A DNA stretch of 64,000 nt from Methanobacteriota archaeon (GTDB lineage Archaea; Methanobacteriota; Methanobacteria; Methanobacteriales; Methanobacteriaceae): contig CAWBCJ010000001.1 in the NCBI GenBank assembly GCA_963787255.1, positions 19,540-83,539 on the forward strand, read 5' to 3'. The notes under the pieces are model-generated. The model was not told where the DNA came from and ran no database searches. It worked only from the letters and a program-made list of their open reading frames with translations. The position numbers and the translations under genes were made by a program. Of this stretch, positions 18,295 through 27,496 are shown piece after piece. The first letter of the stretch is position 1, and each line of letters opens with the position of its first letter.

Positions 18295-18573
18295 ATGAGT
18301 AAATGGTTAAATAACGAAAACCCGATTTGGGAAAATGCAGTAAAGCCCTGTTTGCTTTTAATGTTTTGTCCATACGGAAAATTAGCTGAAGAATTCCCAA
18401 TAAGCGAGAATAAGAAAACCTGCGAAATCTTGGGACATGACTGCCCTGTATTTTACCAAGCCTCACATATAGTTGAAGGCGACGGTGAAAAAAAAGTGAA
18501 TCAGGAAGAATTTGATAAATTCTTCAAGGAAATAGCAGCAAAATCTATAGGAGATAAGGAACGAATTTCCTAA
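18295..18573 (+). CDS. Hypothetical small cysteine-containing protein
   Basis: SD GGGGGTG lies 7 nt before the ATG at 18295. The sequence is MSKWLNNENPIW...CPYGKLAEEFP...GHDCPVFY. The opposite-strand ORF 18215-18466 looks spurious. Confidence 0.45.
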   Translation: MSKWLNNENPIWENAVKPCLLLMFCPYGKLAEEFPISENKKTCEILGHDCPVFYQASHIVEGDGEKKVNQEEFDKFFKEIAAKSIGDKERIS

Positions 18574-18784
18574 AATACGACGCCCATTTTTGCTAAAGAT
18601 ATAATGGATAAAAAAAAGATGCATGAACATTGAAATATTATTTTTTTTCCAGTTTATTTTGGGAATGAAAAATAAGTGCATGAGCAATATAAAAGAATAA
18701 TCTGATGGTTTAACCCATGCACCCCCTTAAATTCATGCAATTAAATATTCATGTGTTCCTACAAAAATTTCCAGGCAGTATATT

Positions 18785-19249
18785 TTATGCTGTACCGCCG
18801 GTACATTCACCATTTTGAGCATCCACAAATATTTCACCAACTGTTATACCATCCTGGATTACAGGAACAAAATATGTAGGTATATTAGCCATCATACCTA
18901 ATACTGGTGTCCCAACAGAAAAAGAAGTGTCCCCTAAATGATTAGAAGCTACAACTTTAGCTTCTGAGGCGGATACCTTCACATTGGATGTATTCTTAGT
19001 AGATGTTTTCTTAGCTGTTGTTGAAACTGATTTAGGTGTTGCTGGTTTAGCTGTTGTTGAAACTGACTTAGGTGGTGTTGATGCTGTTAAATTATTTACT
19101 GGAATAGAATTTTGAATAGGTTGGCTTTGATTAACAACCGATGCTACAGGAGTCTGAACGTTTTTATTCATCAAATTAGCAGCAGAATAACTAATACCCA
19201 CCCCTATAACTGCAATTAATGTAAATACTACAATAACTTTTTTATTCAT
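18785..19249 (-). CDS. Membrane-anchored secreted protein with a Ser/Thr-rich linker and a PepSY-like C-terminal domain
   Basis: An N-terminal TM helix is followed by the repeated KPATPKSVSTTA linker, then VSASEAKVVASNHLG...FVDAQNGE. The family call is weak. Confidence 0.45.
   Translation of the reverse strand: MNKKVIVVFTLIAVIGVGISYSAANLMNKNVQTPVASVVNQSQPIQNSIPVNNLTASTPPKSVSTTAKPATPKSVSTTAKKTSTKNTSNVKVSASEAKVVASNHLGDTSFSVGTPVLGMMANIPTYFVPVIQDGITVGEIFVDAQNGECTGGTA
19011..19082. repeat. 2 x 36-bp tandem repeat (encodes the PKSVSTTAK repeat)
   Basis: The units are ttagctgttgttgaaactgatttaggtgttgctggt / ttagctgttgttgaaactgacttaggtggtgttgat. Confidence 0.85.
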
Positions 19250-19443
19250 TATATGGCCCCCTCTCTGGTCATTTAAATGTTATTTAAAGCTAAGAAACAA
19301 AATTAAATTATTTTAGATAAAATGTATTCATCTTTTATATAATAACAATTATTTATAATTTTTTATTATAAAAAACAGAAAACTTTAAATATTACTTTTC
19401 AACTTTTGCATAATTCAAAAAGAAACAAACTAATAGTCAGAAA

Positions 19444-20160
19444 TCACTCATTCATTATAGGAATTGTAAAATAAAAAAGTAGAACCTTCACCTAATTTGA
19501 GGATTCAACCCAGATACGGCCGCCAATCAGCATCACTATCTAATTGACCTTTATAACGCCTCTCCAGTAGCTGCGTAAAACTAGCAATCGTTCGTAATGG
19601 TTCTTGTAGGTCGTGACTGGAAACATAGGCAAATTGTTGTAATTCAGCGTTGGAACGTTTTAAATCTTCTACAAGTTTTTTTGATTGTTTTTCTGCCTGT
19701 TTACGCTCTGTGATGTCCCGGGAAACTGTAAGATATGCGTTCCTTCCTTTGTAATTGATAGTATGACCATAAATTTCTACTGGTATCTTTTTACCTTCTT
19801 TAGTTACATGAACTATTTCAAAATTCATAAATCCCTTTTTATCTATTTCTACAGCATTTTTAGGCATTTCAACCCTTCTATCAGGAGCTACTATATCTGC
19901 AGGGCCCATATTTAACATTTCTTCTCGGGTGTAACCTAAATTCTTTTTAATCCAACTTCATTTATTTCTATGTACTTTCCTGGCAAGCCATCTTCACTTA
20001 TTTCACTTAAACTAATCATATCAGTTGATTTATCGAATAATAAACGGAATTTATCTTCACTTCCATATAACTCCTCTTCAGCTTTTTTAAGTTCAGTTAT
20101 ATCTGTTATTGTTATACGATATTTTTCATCACGCCTGTCATGTATGGGCATGATTTCCAT
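19444..20160 (-). pseudogene. PAS-histidine kinase relic with 5' truncation, a frame change and an internal deletion of most of the kinase core
   Basis: It starts mid-PAS (FYVKMEIMPIHDRRDEKYRITITDITELKKAEEEL). A frame change follows after EVGLK. The HisKA H-box [36 protein letters not shown] then runs straight into ...[22 protein letters not shown] in another frame. Compare the full-length paralogue at 39908-42178. Confidence 0.65.
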
Positions 20161-20180
20161 TTTAACATAAAATGGTGATT

Positions 20181-20295
20181 ACAGGTGCTAAAAATGAACA
20201 AAACCAATGCAAGGGTTTGTAAATGTAAGAATGTATCGATATTATGTTGATAAGAAGATGCAGAATAAGAACACGAAAAAATACATTAATATTCC
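20181..20295 (+). repeat. Copy C (5'-truncated) of the dispersed repeat
   Basis: Aligns with the right two-thirds of copies A and B (caggtgctaaaaatgaac...aaatgtaagaatgtatcgat...gataagaagatgcagaat.agaacacga). It abuts the truncated PAS relic. Confidence 0.65.
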
Positions 20296-20386
20296 TTGAA
20301 TGATTAACATGTGAAATTAGAAGATTAGCTATTTTCTTATTCTGATTTTTAATCTGTCTTTAAATTTAATATTGTGACATTATATG

Positions 20387-20999
20387 TTATAAGCCAAAGA
20401 ATTTTAAGAAATTATTTCCAAGGTTCTTAAGCTCATTTAATACCGGACTTAAAGTATATCCAGAACCTGAATCATTATGCTGTCCAGAAGAATCGGGACT
20501 ACCGGATGCGTTTCCAGTATGTGAATTGTTGGATGGTGTGGTCTTTCGAATCAGAACCAGTTTGATTAAAACCAGTTCTTTGACCAGAATCAGTTCGTTG
20601 ACTAGAATCAGTTGTTTGATTGGAATCAGTTTGATTAGAACCAGTTTCTTCAACTATTATTCTACCTGAAGCACCAGAGTATCTATCACGATATGGATAA
20701 GTTCCGGGATTATCAAAGGTATAGCTGTAACTATTTAGTGGTCCTATATCTCCACTGCTGGGGAACTTACCATCAGTACTGGTAACAGTAAATACCACGC
20801 CACTAAAAATGTTACGATCAAAGTTTTCCCATGATACAGTGGTGCCAGGTTTAACAGTTGTAGAAGACGGGCTAAAAGAACCTCCCGCATCAAGTTTATC
20901 AAACACTACCACGGTTCCTGAGTTTAAAAAGGCACATCCAGAAATTGAAACCACAGCTAAAATAGTTAGGGATATTATTAGTAATTTATAATCTTTCAA
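20387..20999 (-). pseudogene. Lipoprotein with a cupredoxin-like domain and a Ser/Asn/Gln/Thr-rich repeat tail; apparent frame change near 20525
   Basis: Signal peptide plus lipobox-like VSISGC, then a beta-rich domain (TVKPGTTVSWENFD...GTYPYRDRYSGASGRIIVEE). The tail continues more plausibly in the frame of ORF 20387-20653 (..SNNSHTGNASGSPDSSGQHNDSGSGYTLSPVLNELKNLG..). Confidence 0.5.
20545..20650. repeat. Degenerate 15/18-nt tandem repeats (tgattRgaaYcagtt-like units)
   Basis: Six to seven units are visible by eye. They encode the SNQTDSNQTTDSSQRTDSGQRTGFNQTGSD tail. Confidence 0.7.
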
Positions 21000-21126
21000 T
21001 TATTATCACCAGTCTATATTATATGATCCTTAAATAATATAAATGTAATACTTATTTGAAATAAAATATTATATGGAAAAATATAGTCAACTATTATTAA
21101 GCCAAATTACTTTCCAAACGCTCTCA

Positions 21127-21295
21127 CACTAAACCCAATAAACATAAATCACTACAACTACTGGTGATAAAATTGGATGTAACAGATGATGATTGTAAGA
21201 AAATGCAAGAAAGTAACCATGATAATGGATAAGAAGATGCGAAGATGCAGAATAGAACACGATAAATATGTTTATAATGTTAGACGAAAACACTT
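21127..21295 (+). repeat. Copy D of the dispersed repeat (most diverged)
   Basis: The ends align well with copy B (cactaaacccaataaa..., gataagaagatgcgaagatgcagaatagaacacgataaata...tataatgttaga). The centre has diverged. It overlaps track ORF 21129-21413, which is therefore probably not coding. Confidence 0.6.
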
Positions 21296-21914
21296 CTTTG
21301 AAGGCGTTATTAAATTTTCGCTTGCTGTCGTTGTCTAAAAGTTCTATATCATTTTTTTTATCTGTTGTATCCATAAGAACTAACATTGCTTTGTTAATGC
21401 AGGAGGTGGCCAAAACTTTATAAGTGATGAAATAAAATGAACTAATTTACAAAAGTGAAGGTGATAGAAAATGGATTTAAATGAGATTAAAATATTTATT
21501 TATAATTTGCTTGATATTCGCAAAAAAAGGTAGTTTTGTATTTCATCATACCAAAATAGGTTAGGGGAACAGGCTTTCCTGCCTTTTTATCCATTTAATA
21601 TTTCTATTATTTTAAAAATATTGTTAAAATGAGAATAAGCTCTTTTTGAATAGTCCTTTTTAGATATTGAATTATACATCTTTTTTTGGGTTTAATTTTG
21701 GTTAGATTAGTTAGTATGTTAATTGTTGAAATTTTAATCTATGGATCCTTTTATTGTTGTCTGTTTTTTTCTGTGTGGATGTATTCTACGATGGTGGTCA
21801 TAACCTTAAGGCTTCAGTATTAGTAAGTAATATTAATTATGAAAATCATAATAATAGTGTTGTTTGGTTGAAAATTATGATGTTTTAAATTGCGTAGAAA
21901 AACGGGTGGTAGTA

Positions 21915-22145
21915 ATGAAAATAAGTGATGAATTGAAAGGAAAAGAAGTTATAGATGAAAATGGGGATAAAGTTGGAGAAGTAAGCGATGTGGAATGGAA
22001 TCCCCAAATGAATATGGTTGAATCTCTCCTAGTTTCTGAAGGAAAAGCAGCTAAAATTGGAATGGGAGAAAAAAAGGTCATAGCATTTGAGGATATAGAC
22101 ATCATCGGAGAAAAAGTTCTTTTAAAACGATACATGCCTCGATAA
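21915..22145 (+). CDS. PRC-barrel domain protein
   Basis: The sequence is MKISDELKGKEVIDENGDKVGEVSDVEWN...VIAFEDIDIIGEKVLLK. SD GGTGGT lies before the ATG at 21915. Confidence 0.7.
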   Translation: MKISDELKGKEVIDENGDKVGEVSDVEWNPQMNMVESLLVSEGKAAKIGMGEKKVIAFEDIDIIGEKVLLKRYMPR

Positions 22146-22428
22146 TACTATGTTATAAAAAAAATACTTAAATTACCTTTATATTTCTTTTTTGGAATGA
22201 TTAAAGGGAAGGTATACAAAAAATGGATGATAGAGGACAATATTCAATAATATATATCCTAGTGGTTATAGTAGTCATCTTAATAATATTGAGACTATTA
22301 GGTATCTTCTAAAACTAAACCCGGCTATGTAAAAACTACTAGTTATCTATTCATGCGTGAAAATCCTTAAATTTTTTTTTAGGAGACAATTAAAAATTGG
22401 TATGAAATTATAATTTGGAGGTGAAAAA

Positions 22429-22834
22429 TTGGATCGAAGATTTTTGGGATTGATTATAATCATAATCGTTATAATCATAGGCGGGTGTATATCTCTTTAC
22501 TTCTATGAACTTAAATCAAAATGCACAAGCTCCAGTTAATCAAAGTGGAACAAATGGCAGTGCAAATAATACAAACAATACAGTTGCAGCTACAATTAGC
22601 ATTCAAAATGGAGCATTTAATCCTAATAACCTTACTGTTAAAACAGGTACTAATGTTCAGTGGATAAATAATGATAACGCATCGCATCAGATAATAAGTG
22701 ATAGTGGAGCATTCCAGAGTCCTATGCTGAATACTGGGGGCGTGTATAATTTCTATTTCGCTAAATCTGGTATTTTCGGCTACTATTGTGGATTACATCC
22801 TACTGAAACAGGTACAATTACGGTAACTCCTTAA
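22429..22834 (+). pseudogene. Cupredoxin-like (plastocyanin/amicyanin-type) protein whose N-terminal anchor is in a different frame
   Basis: SD GGAGGTGA is followed by a TTG at 22429, giving LDRRFLGLIIIIIVIIIGGCISLYFY (TM helix with a GGC lipobox-like motif). The domain in ORF 22505-22834 has H..., YYCGLHPTETGTITV (C-x2-H, with no Met in the usual position). Confidence 0.5.
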
Positions 22835-23009
22835 TTTTTTAGAGGATAAATTATATAATCCTCAAATTTTTTTTTATATTAAGGTAGTTGCATTTTTTTG
22901 TTTTTGTGATTATTGGTTTTTTTTATATAATCACAATATATTAAGTAATATTAAATATAGAAATAGTATTACTATTGTTCTTTTAAAAAATGAGGGAGGC
23001 CGATTTACT

Positions 23010-23465
23010 TTGAATGAAACCCAAAAAAGAATACCCAACAACATATTGCTGATAGAAGACAATCCCGCCGATATAAGATTAATCAAAGAACTATTCAAAG
23101 ATTATAAAACAGAAAATGAAATATACACCGTTAATGACGGCGTTAAAGCCCTAAAATTCCTATATCAACATGGCCAGTATGAAGATACGCCCCGTCCAGA
23201 TTTAATACTTCTTGATTTAGGTTTACCGCGTAAAGACGGTTTTGAAGTATTAAAAGAAATAAAAAACGACAAAAAACTAAAAAACATCCCTGTAATTATT
23301 GTAACTGTTTCTAATGACCCCGAAATTATTAATAATGCTTATAAACTCCAAGCTAATTGTGTAATTATTAAGCCATTAGATATTGATGACTTCAACAGAT
23401 GCATTAAAAGTATGACTGATTTTTGGTTTAATATTGTTAAATTGCCCATTAGCATTCTTGTTTAA
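23010..23465 (+). CDS. Stand-alone CheY-like response regulator receiver
   Basis: Contains LLIEDNPAD, PDLILLDLGLPRKDG (phospho-acceptor Asp), VIIVTVS and CVIIKPLD. TTG start after SD GAGGGAGG. Confidence 0.85.
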   Translation: MNETQKRIPNNILLIEDNPADIRLIKELFKDYKTENEIYTVNDGVKALKFLYQHGQYEDTPRPDLILLDLGLPRKDGFEVLKEIKNDKKLKNIPVIIVTVSNDPEIINNAYKLQANCVIIKPLDIDDFNRCIKSMTDFWFNIVKLPISILV

Positions 23466-23497
23466 TAATAAAAATAATATATAAGGATTCTAAAAAA

Positions 23498-23932
23498 ATG
23501 GAAGAAAATCATAAAATCAATATTTTATTAATGGAAAATGAAGAACCTGATAAAAGCATTATAAATTTATTAAAAAACTTTTCAAGTGAAAATCAGGTTA
23601 AATTATCCGTTTTTGATACTCCAGAAGAAACATTAGATCACTTAAAGCAAATCGTAGCATCTTCTGAATTTCAGGGACATAATATTCTGTTATTTTATTC
23701 AAAACCACCATTAAATGATGTTATGGATGTTATATGGGAAATTAAAGAAAGTCCAGATTTAAGGATTACTCCTGTATTTATTATAGCAGAATCATTAGAA
23801 GATGTAGATATTAATGAAGCTTATAAATGTCATTTAAATTGTTTTATTGCTAAACCTCAAGATGTAGAAGGATTAATTCGGATTATAGATTCTTTTAAGG
23901 AGTTATGGCTTAAATATGTAAAATTACCCTGA
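23498..23932 (+). CDS. Pseudo-receiver domain protein (receiver fold without the phospho-acceptor Asp)
   Basis: Colinear with 23010-23465 (ILLMENEEPD / NILLFYSKPPLND / PVFIIAES / NCFIAKPQD / ELWLKYVKLP). However, LLD is replaced by LLF and ED by EN. Confidence 0.6.
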   Translation: MEENHKINILLMENEEPDKSIINLLKNFSSENQVKLSVFDTPEETLDHLKQIVASSEFQGHNILLFYSKPPLNDVMDVIWEIKESPDLRITPVFIIAESLEDVDINEAYKCHLNCFIAKPQDVEGLIRIIDSFKELWLKYVKLP

Positions 23933-24121
23933 AAAAAATTGTTAAAAAAAGATTCACCTCAAAAATATCATGTTAGGCTTAAAGAAGTGGATAAGGGGAT
24001 TGGATATTGATTTTTCTGCTTTTTTTTGCACTGTTTTTTTTAAATTTTGTATTATAATTGTTTTTTGCGTGTTTTAACTATCATTTACATAAGATTTAAA
24101 TACTAAAAAGGTAATAAAATA

Positions 24122-24201
24122 AGTATGACTAGTATTACAAATTGTGGTCTGTTTTATGTTCAGCCCAGGGAAACAAGATAACCCTGGGCACCCCCTCCGT
24201 T
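24122..24201 (+). ncRNA. Candidate small RNA or structured leader: promoter + ~40 nt + 8-bp hairpin + CCCCCTCC
   Basis: TATA-like TTTAAATA at 24095-24102. Hairpin GCCCAGGG-11 nt-CCCTGGGC at 24163-24189, then ACCCCCTCC. It is homologous in layout and promoter block to 32615-32709. Not assigned to any known RNA family. Confidence 0.35.
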
Positions 24202-24389
24202 AAAACTATATTATTTTTGATAAATAAGATAAAAACTAAACCACATTTTTTTTCTATTCAATTTTTAACTTCCCATTTTTTTACTTAGAAAAAGTTGTAT
24301 AATCCAATTTTATCATAGTATTATATTTTATATAATTTGTATTACAAATAGATAGTAATGAATAAAAATAATAATATGGTGATTACTAT

Positions 24390-24737
24390 ATGAGTTTCGT
24401 GGAAATTGCAACAACAGATGAATTAATGGATGGTACTATGAAAATGGCTACAATTGAGGGGCGTGAAATCCTGTTAGCCCGAATTGGAGACAATTATTAT
24501 AGCGCAGATAATCGCTGCCCCCATATGGGCGGTAACCTATCAATGGGCAAACTAAACGGAACCGTAATAACATGCCCTCGACACCACAGCCAATTTGACC
24601 TAACCGATGGCCATGTAATCCGCTGGACAGACTGGACCGGACTAAAATTATCTATAGGTAAAGCATTAAAGTCACCTCGACCCCTTAAAACCCATGAAGT
24701 CAAAATAGAAGAAAATAAAATAATGGTCGACCTATAA
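24390..24737 (+). CDS. Rieske [2Fe-2S] domain protein
   Basis: Contains CPHMGGNL and CPRHHSQF (C-x-H ... C-x2-H). Confidence 0.85.
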   Translation: MSFVEIATTDELMDGTMKMATIEGREILLARIGDNYYSADNRCPHMGGNLSMGKLNGTVITCPRHHSQFDLTDGHVIRWTDWTGLKLSIGKALKSPRPLKTHEVKIEENKIMVDL

Positions 24738-24913
24738 AAAAAAAAGTTTTAGGGATTAAGCTTCCAAAGTTTCATTTATATATTCCATATCTTATTTGCT
24801 TGGAATTAATTCGTAATGATGCAAGTAGTAAACTCATGAATAAATCCCGTTATTAAATATTATATGAAAAAAATTAATTAAAAAGAACTTAAAAGTTGGA
24901 GGTTTAAAAAAAG

Positions 24914-25216
24914 ATGAAGAAAATAGCTATAATAGTGGCTTTAATGCTAGTTTTAGGAGTAGTATTCATATCAGGATGCACTACAACTCCAACAAATACT
25001 ACCGGAAACAATAGTGGACAAAATAAAAGTTCAGGCGTACCGGGATACAGCACAGGACAAATAATAAGCATTGGATCAGAAAACATTGTATCTGACTTGA
25101 ATCAGGAAAATCCCATGATTCATAGGGATACTAATCATTTAAACTTATATTCCCACTTTTTTTTGAAAACTAATAAAAAGAGAATCAATTTCAAAAACAA
25201 ATACCAAAAAAAATAA
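24914..25216 (+). CDS. Small putative lipoprotein
   Basis: Signal peptide plus FISGC lipobox, then a Thr/Asn/Gly-rich linker. The C-terminal third looks low-complexity, so the real 3' end is uncertain. Confidence 0.4.
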   Translation: MKKIAIIVALMLVLGVVFISGCTTTPTNTTGNNSGQNKSSGVPGYSTGQIISIGSENIVSDLNQENPMIHRDTNHLNLYSHFFLKTNKKRINFKNKYQKK

Positions 25217-25326
25217 TAGATAACCCAAATTAAAATTATAATCAACCCAATATAAGCATATTATCCTATCAAAATGGTCTATTTAGAGCACTTAAAACTG
25301 GTAATAGTTAAGAGAATTAAATACAA

Positions 25327-26716
25327 TTATTTTTTGCGATAACGGTTTTTTGACATTTTTTCTAGATCAAAAAGATTGTCTGCCTCTTCCTTAGAAAGTA
25401 TTCCTTTTAAAACAGCAATATCCTTTATTGGCTGATTTGTTTCCATCGCTTCTCTTGCAAGCTCTGCAGCACCTAAATAACCTATTCGGGGTGAAAGAAA
25501 CGTTGCAAGAATTGGATTTATCCCCACAACCTTTCTTAACTGTTCCTCATTGACCTTAATACCTTCAATGCAGCGAGACTGAAAAAGTGGAAGATAATTA
25601 TTTAAAATAGATATTGATTCAAGTATATTAAATGTCATAATTGGAGTCATCACATTTAAATCAAGCTGTCCAGCCTGGGCAGCAAGGGAAACAGTAGTAT
25701 CATTCCCTATGATCTGGAATGAAATCATATTAAGACACTCGGCCATTACGGGATTAACTTTTCCGGGCATAATGGATGATCCTGGCTGGACTGGAGGGAG
25801 AATAATCTCATTTAAACCTGATGTGGGGCCTGATCCCATAAGACGAAGATCATTTGCTATCTTGATAAGTTCAAGTGCAAGTTCACGAAGAGATCCTGAA
25901 AATGCGGCCATTTGAGACCGGCTTTGTAATGCTTCTAGACTGTCACGTGCAGGAACAAGTTCAAGAGATGTTAATTCAGCAAGTTTTGGGATTACATTTT
26001 CCCTGTAAAATTTAGGAGAATTTATACCCGTTCCGGTTGCAGTTCCACCTATGGCTACCTCAAGAAGATCGTTTCTCCTTTCATGTATTCTTTTTGCGGC
26101 TCGTTTAATAGCACTACCATAGGCCAGGAATTCATCACCAATGGTAACCGGCACAGCATCCATAAGATGAGTTCGCCCTGACTTAGGTGAATAAATATTT
26201 TCGCCTTTATTTTTAAATGCATGGGCAAGGTCTAAAATAACTTTTTGAAGGTGATCTGCTTTTAAAATGATGGCAATATGTGAAGCTGTGGGGAAAGTGT
26301 CATTGCTGGATTGTGATCTGTTAACATGGTCATTGGGGCTTAAATATTCATATTCTCCTCTTTTTTTTCCTAAAATTTCAAGTGCACGGTTTGCAAGCAC
26401 TTCATTGATATTCATATTAAATGAAGTACCTGCTCCTGCTTGAAAAACATCAATGGGAAATTGATCAGCGAACATTCCCTCAATGATCTCATTTGCGGCT
26501 TTTACGATTGCTCCTCCCCGTTTCTTTATCAATTATTCCAAGTTCCATATTAGTAAGTGCTGCTGCCTTTTTCACGAGCGCATATGCCCGTATAAGCTCG
26601 GAACGCTCCTTTATGCCGCTTACAGGGAAGTTTTCCATTGCCCGGAGTGTTTGAATACCATAATATGAGTCATCTGGGATTTCTTTTTTACCTATCGAAT
26701 CCATTTCCAAGCGCAT
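25327..26716 (-). pseudogene. Class II fumarate hydratase / aspartate ammonia-lyase family enzyme, one frame change near 26510-26530
   Basis: The N-terminal 70 aa (MRLEMDSIGKKEIPDDSYYGIQTLRAMENFPVSG...) are in the frame of ORF 26489-26722. The rest, including the signature GSSIMPGKVNP, is in ORF 25327-26532. Confidence 0.8.
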
Positions 26717-26718
26717 CT

Positions 26719-27495
26719 TCAATCATTTCCCCAACTTTTTTTTTTATCAGTCAATTTTTTTCGGGCTTTAGCAATTGCAGTTATGGGAGGAACACCTTTA
26801 GGACATACCTGAGCACAATTTCCGGAAGAACTCACATGACCACCATCCATCTGGCATATCGCCCAATTTCAGCCTTTCAGTTTCCCTTGCTTCCCGGGGA
26901 TCAATAGAGAAACGATAAAGTTTAGCTAAAGCAGCAGGCCCTAGATAATCTGGATTTACGCTATCTACCGGACATGCACCAAAACAAGCCGCACAGAGAA
27001 TGCAGTTAGTATATAATTCAAGTTCAGGTACAGCAGAAGGATCCATAAGCCTTTCCTTTTAAGGAGCAGGATCCCTTGGTCTAAAAACAGGGTCCACAGC
27101 CTGGTAATATTTGAAAAATTTGGTCATATCCACAATAAGATCCTTTATTACTGGAAGATGTGGAAGTGGCTCCACTAAAATCTCTTCTTCAGGATTCCAG
27201 GGTACCGTTATCTCTTCGATTGCAGAATAAGGAACAAGATTCATTTGTAGTTCTCCTTTAAGTAGAGATGCCACTTGTGTTCGGCAGGCAAGTCTTGGAA
27301 CTTTGTTAATGAGCATTGCACAGGTACCACATACAGCACCCCTACAAGAATAATGGAAAGCTAAGGAATCATCAAATTTTTCTTGAAACTGAAATAAAGC
27401 ACCCAATACAGTCAATCCCGGATTTAATTCAAGTTTAAAAGAATCATAACGAGGAGAATCATTCCCTCATTGTATCTATAGACTTTTAGTTTCAT
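26719..27495 (-). pseudogene. Succinate dehydrogenase/fumarate reductase iron-sulfur subunit (SdhB/FrdB type) with two frame changes and one in-frame TAA
   Basis: MKLKVYRYNEG, then a frame change. The 2Fe-2S site is SCRGAVCGTCAMLINKVPRLAC. After ...RPRDPAP there is an in-frame TAA (27059-27061), then KERLMDPS...CILCAACFGACP. A frame change near 26820 leads to SGNCAQVCPKGVPPITAIAKARKKL. Confidence 0.75.
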
Positions 27496-27496
27496 T

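Noticed and set aside
18574-18784. Cluster of CATG-containing words (gatgcatgaac, agtgcatgagc, ccatgcaccc, ttcatgcaat)
   Set aside because: The motifs are short with no consistent spacing or extended consensus. This is compatible with chance in a 200-bp region.
21129-21413. Minus-strand ORF of 94 aa, and the first 74 codons of ORF 41954-42400
   Set aside because: Both run through copies of the dispersed repeat. Copies differ by a 5-nt indel, so the repeat is not under codon constraint. The kinase start is the Met at 42178.
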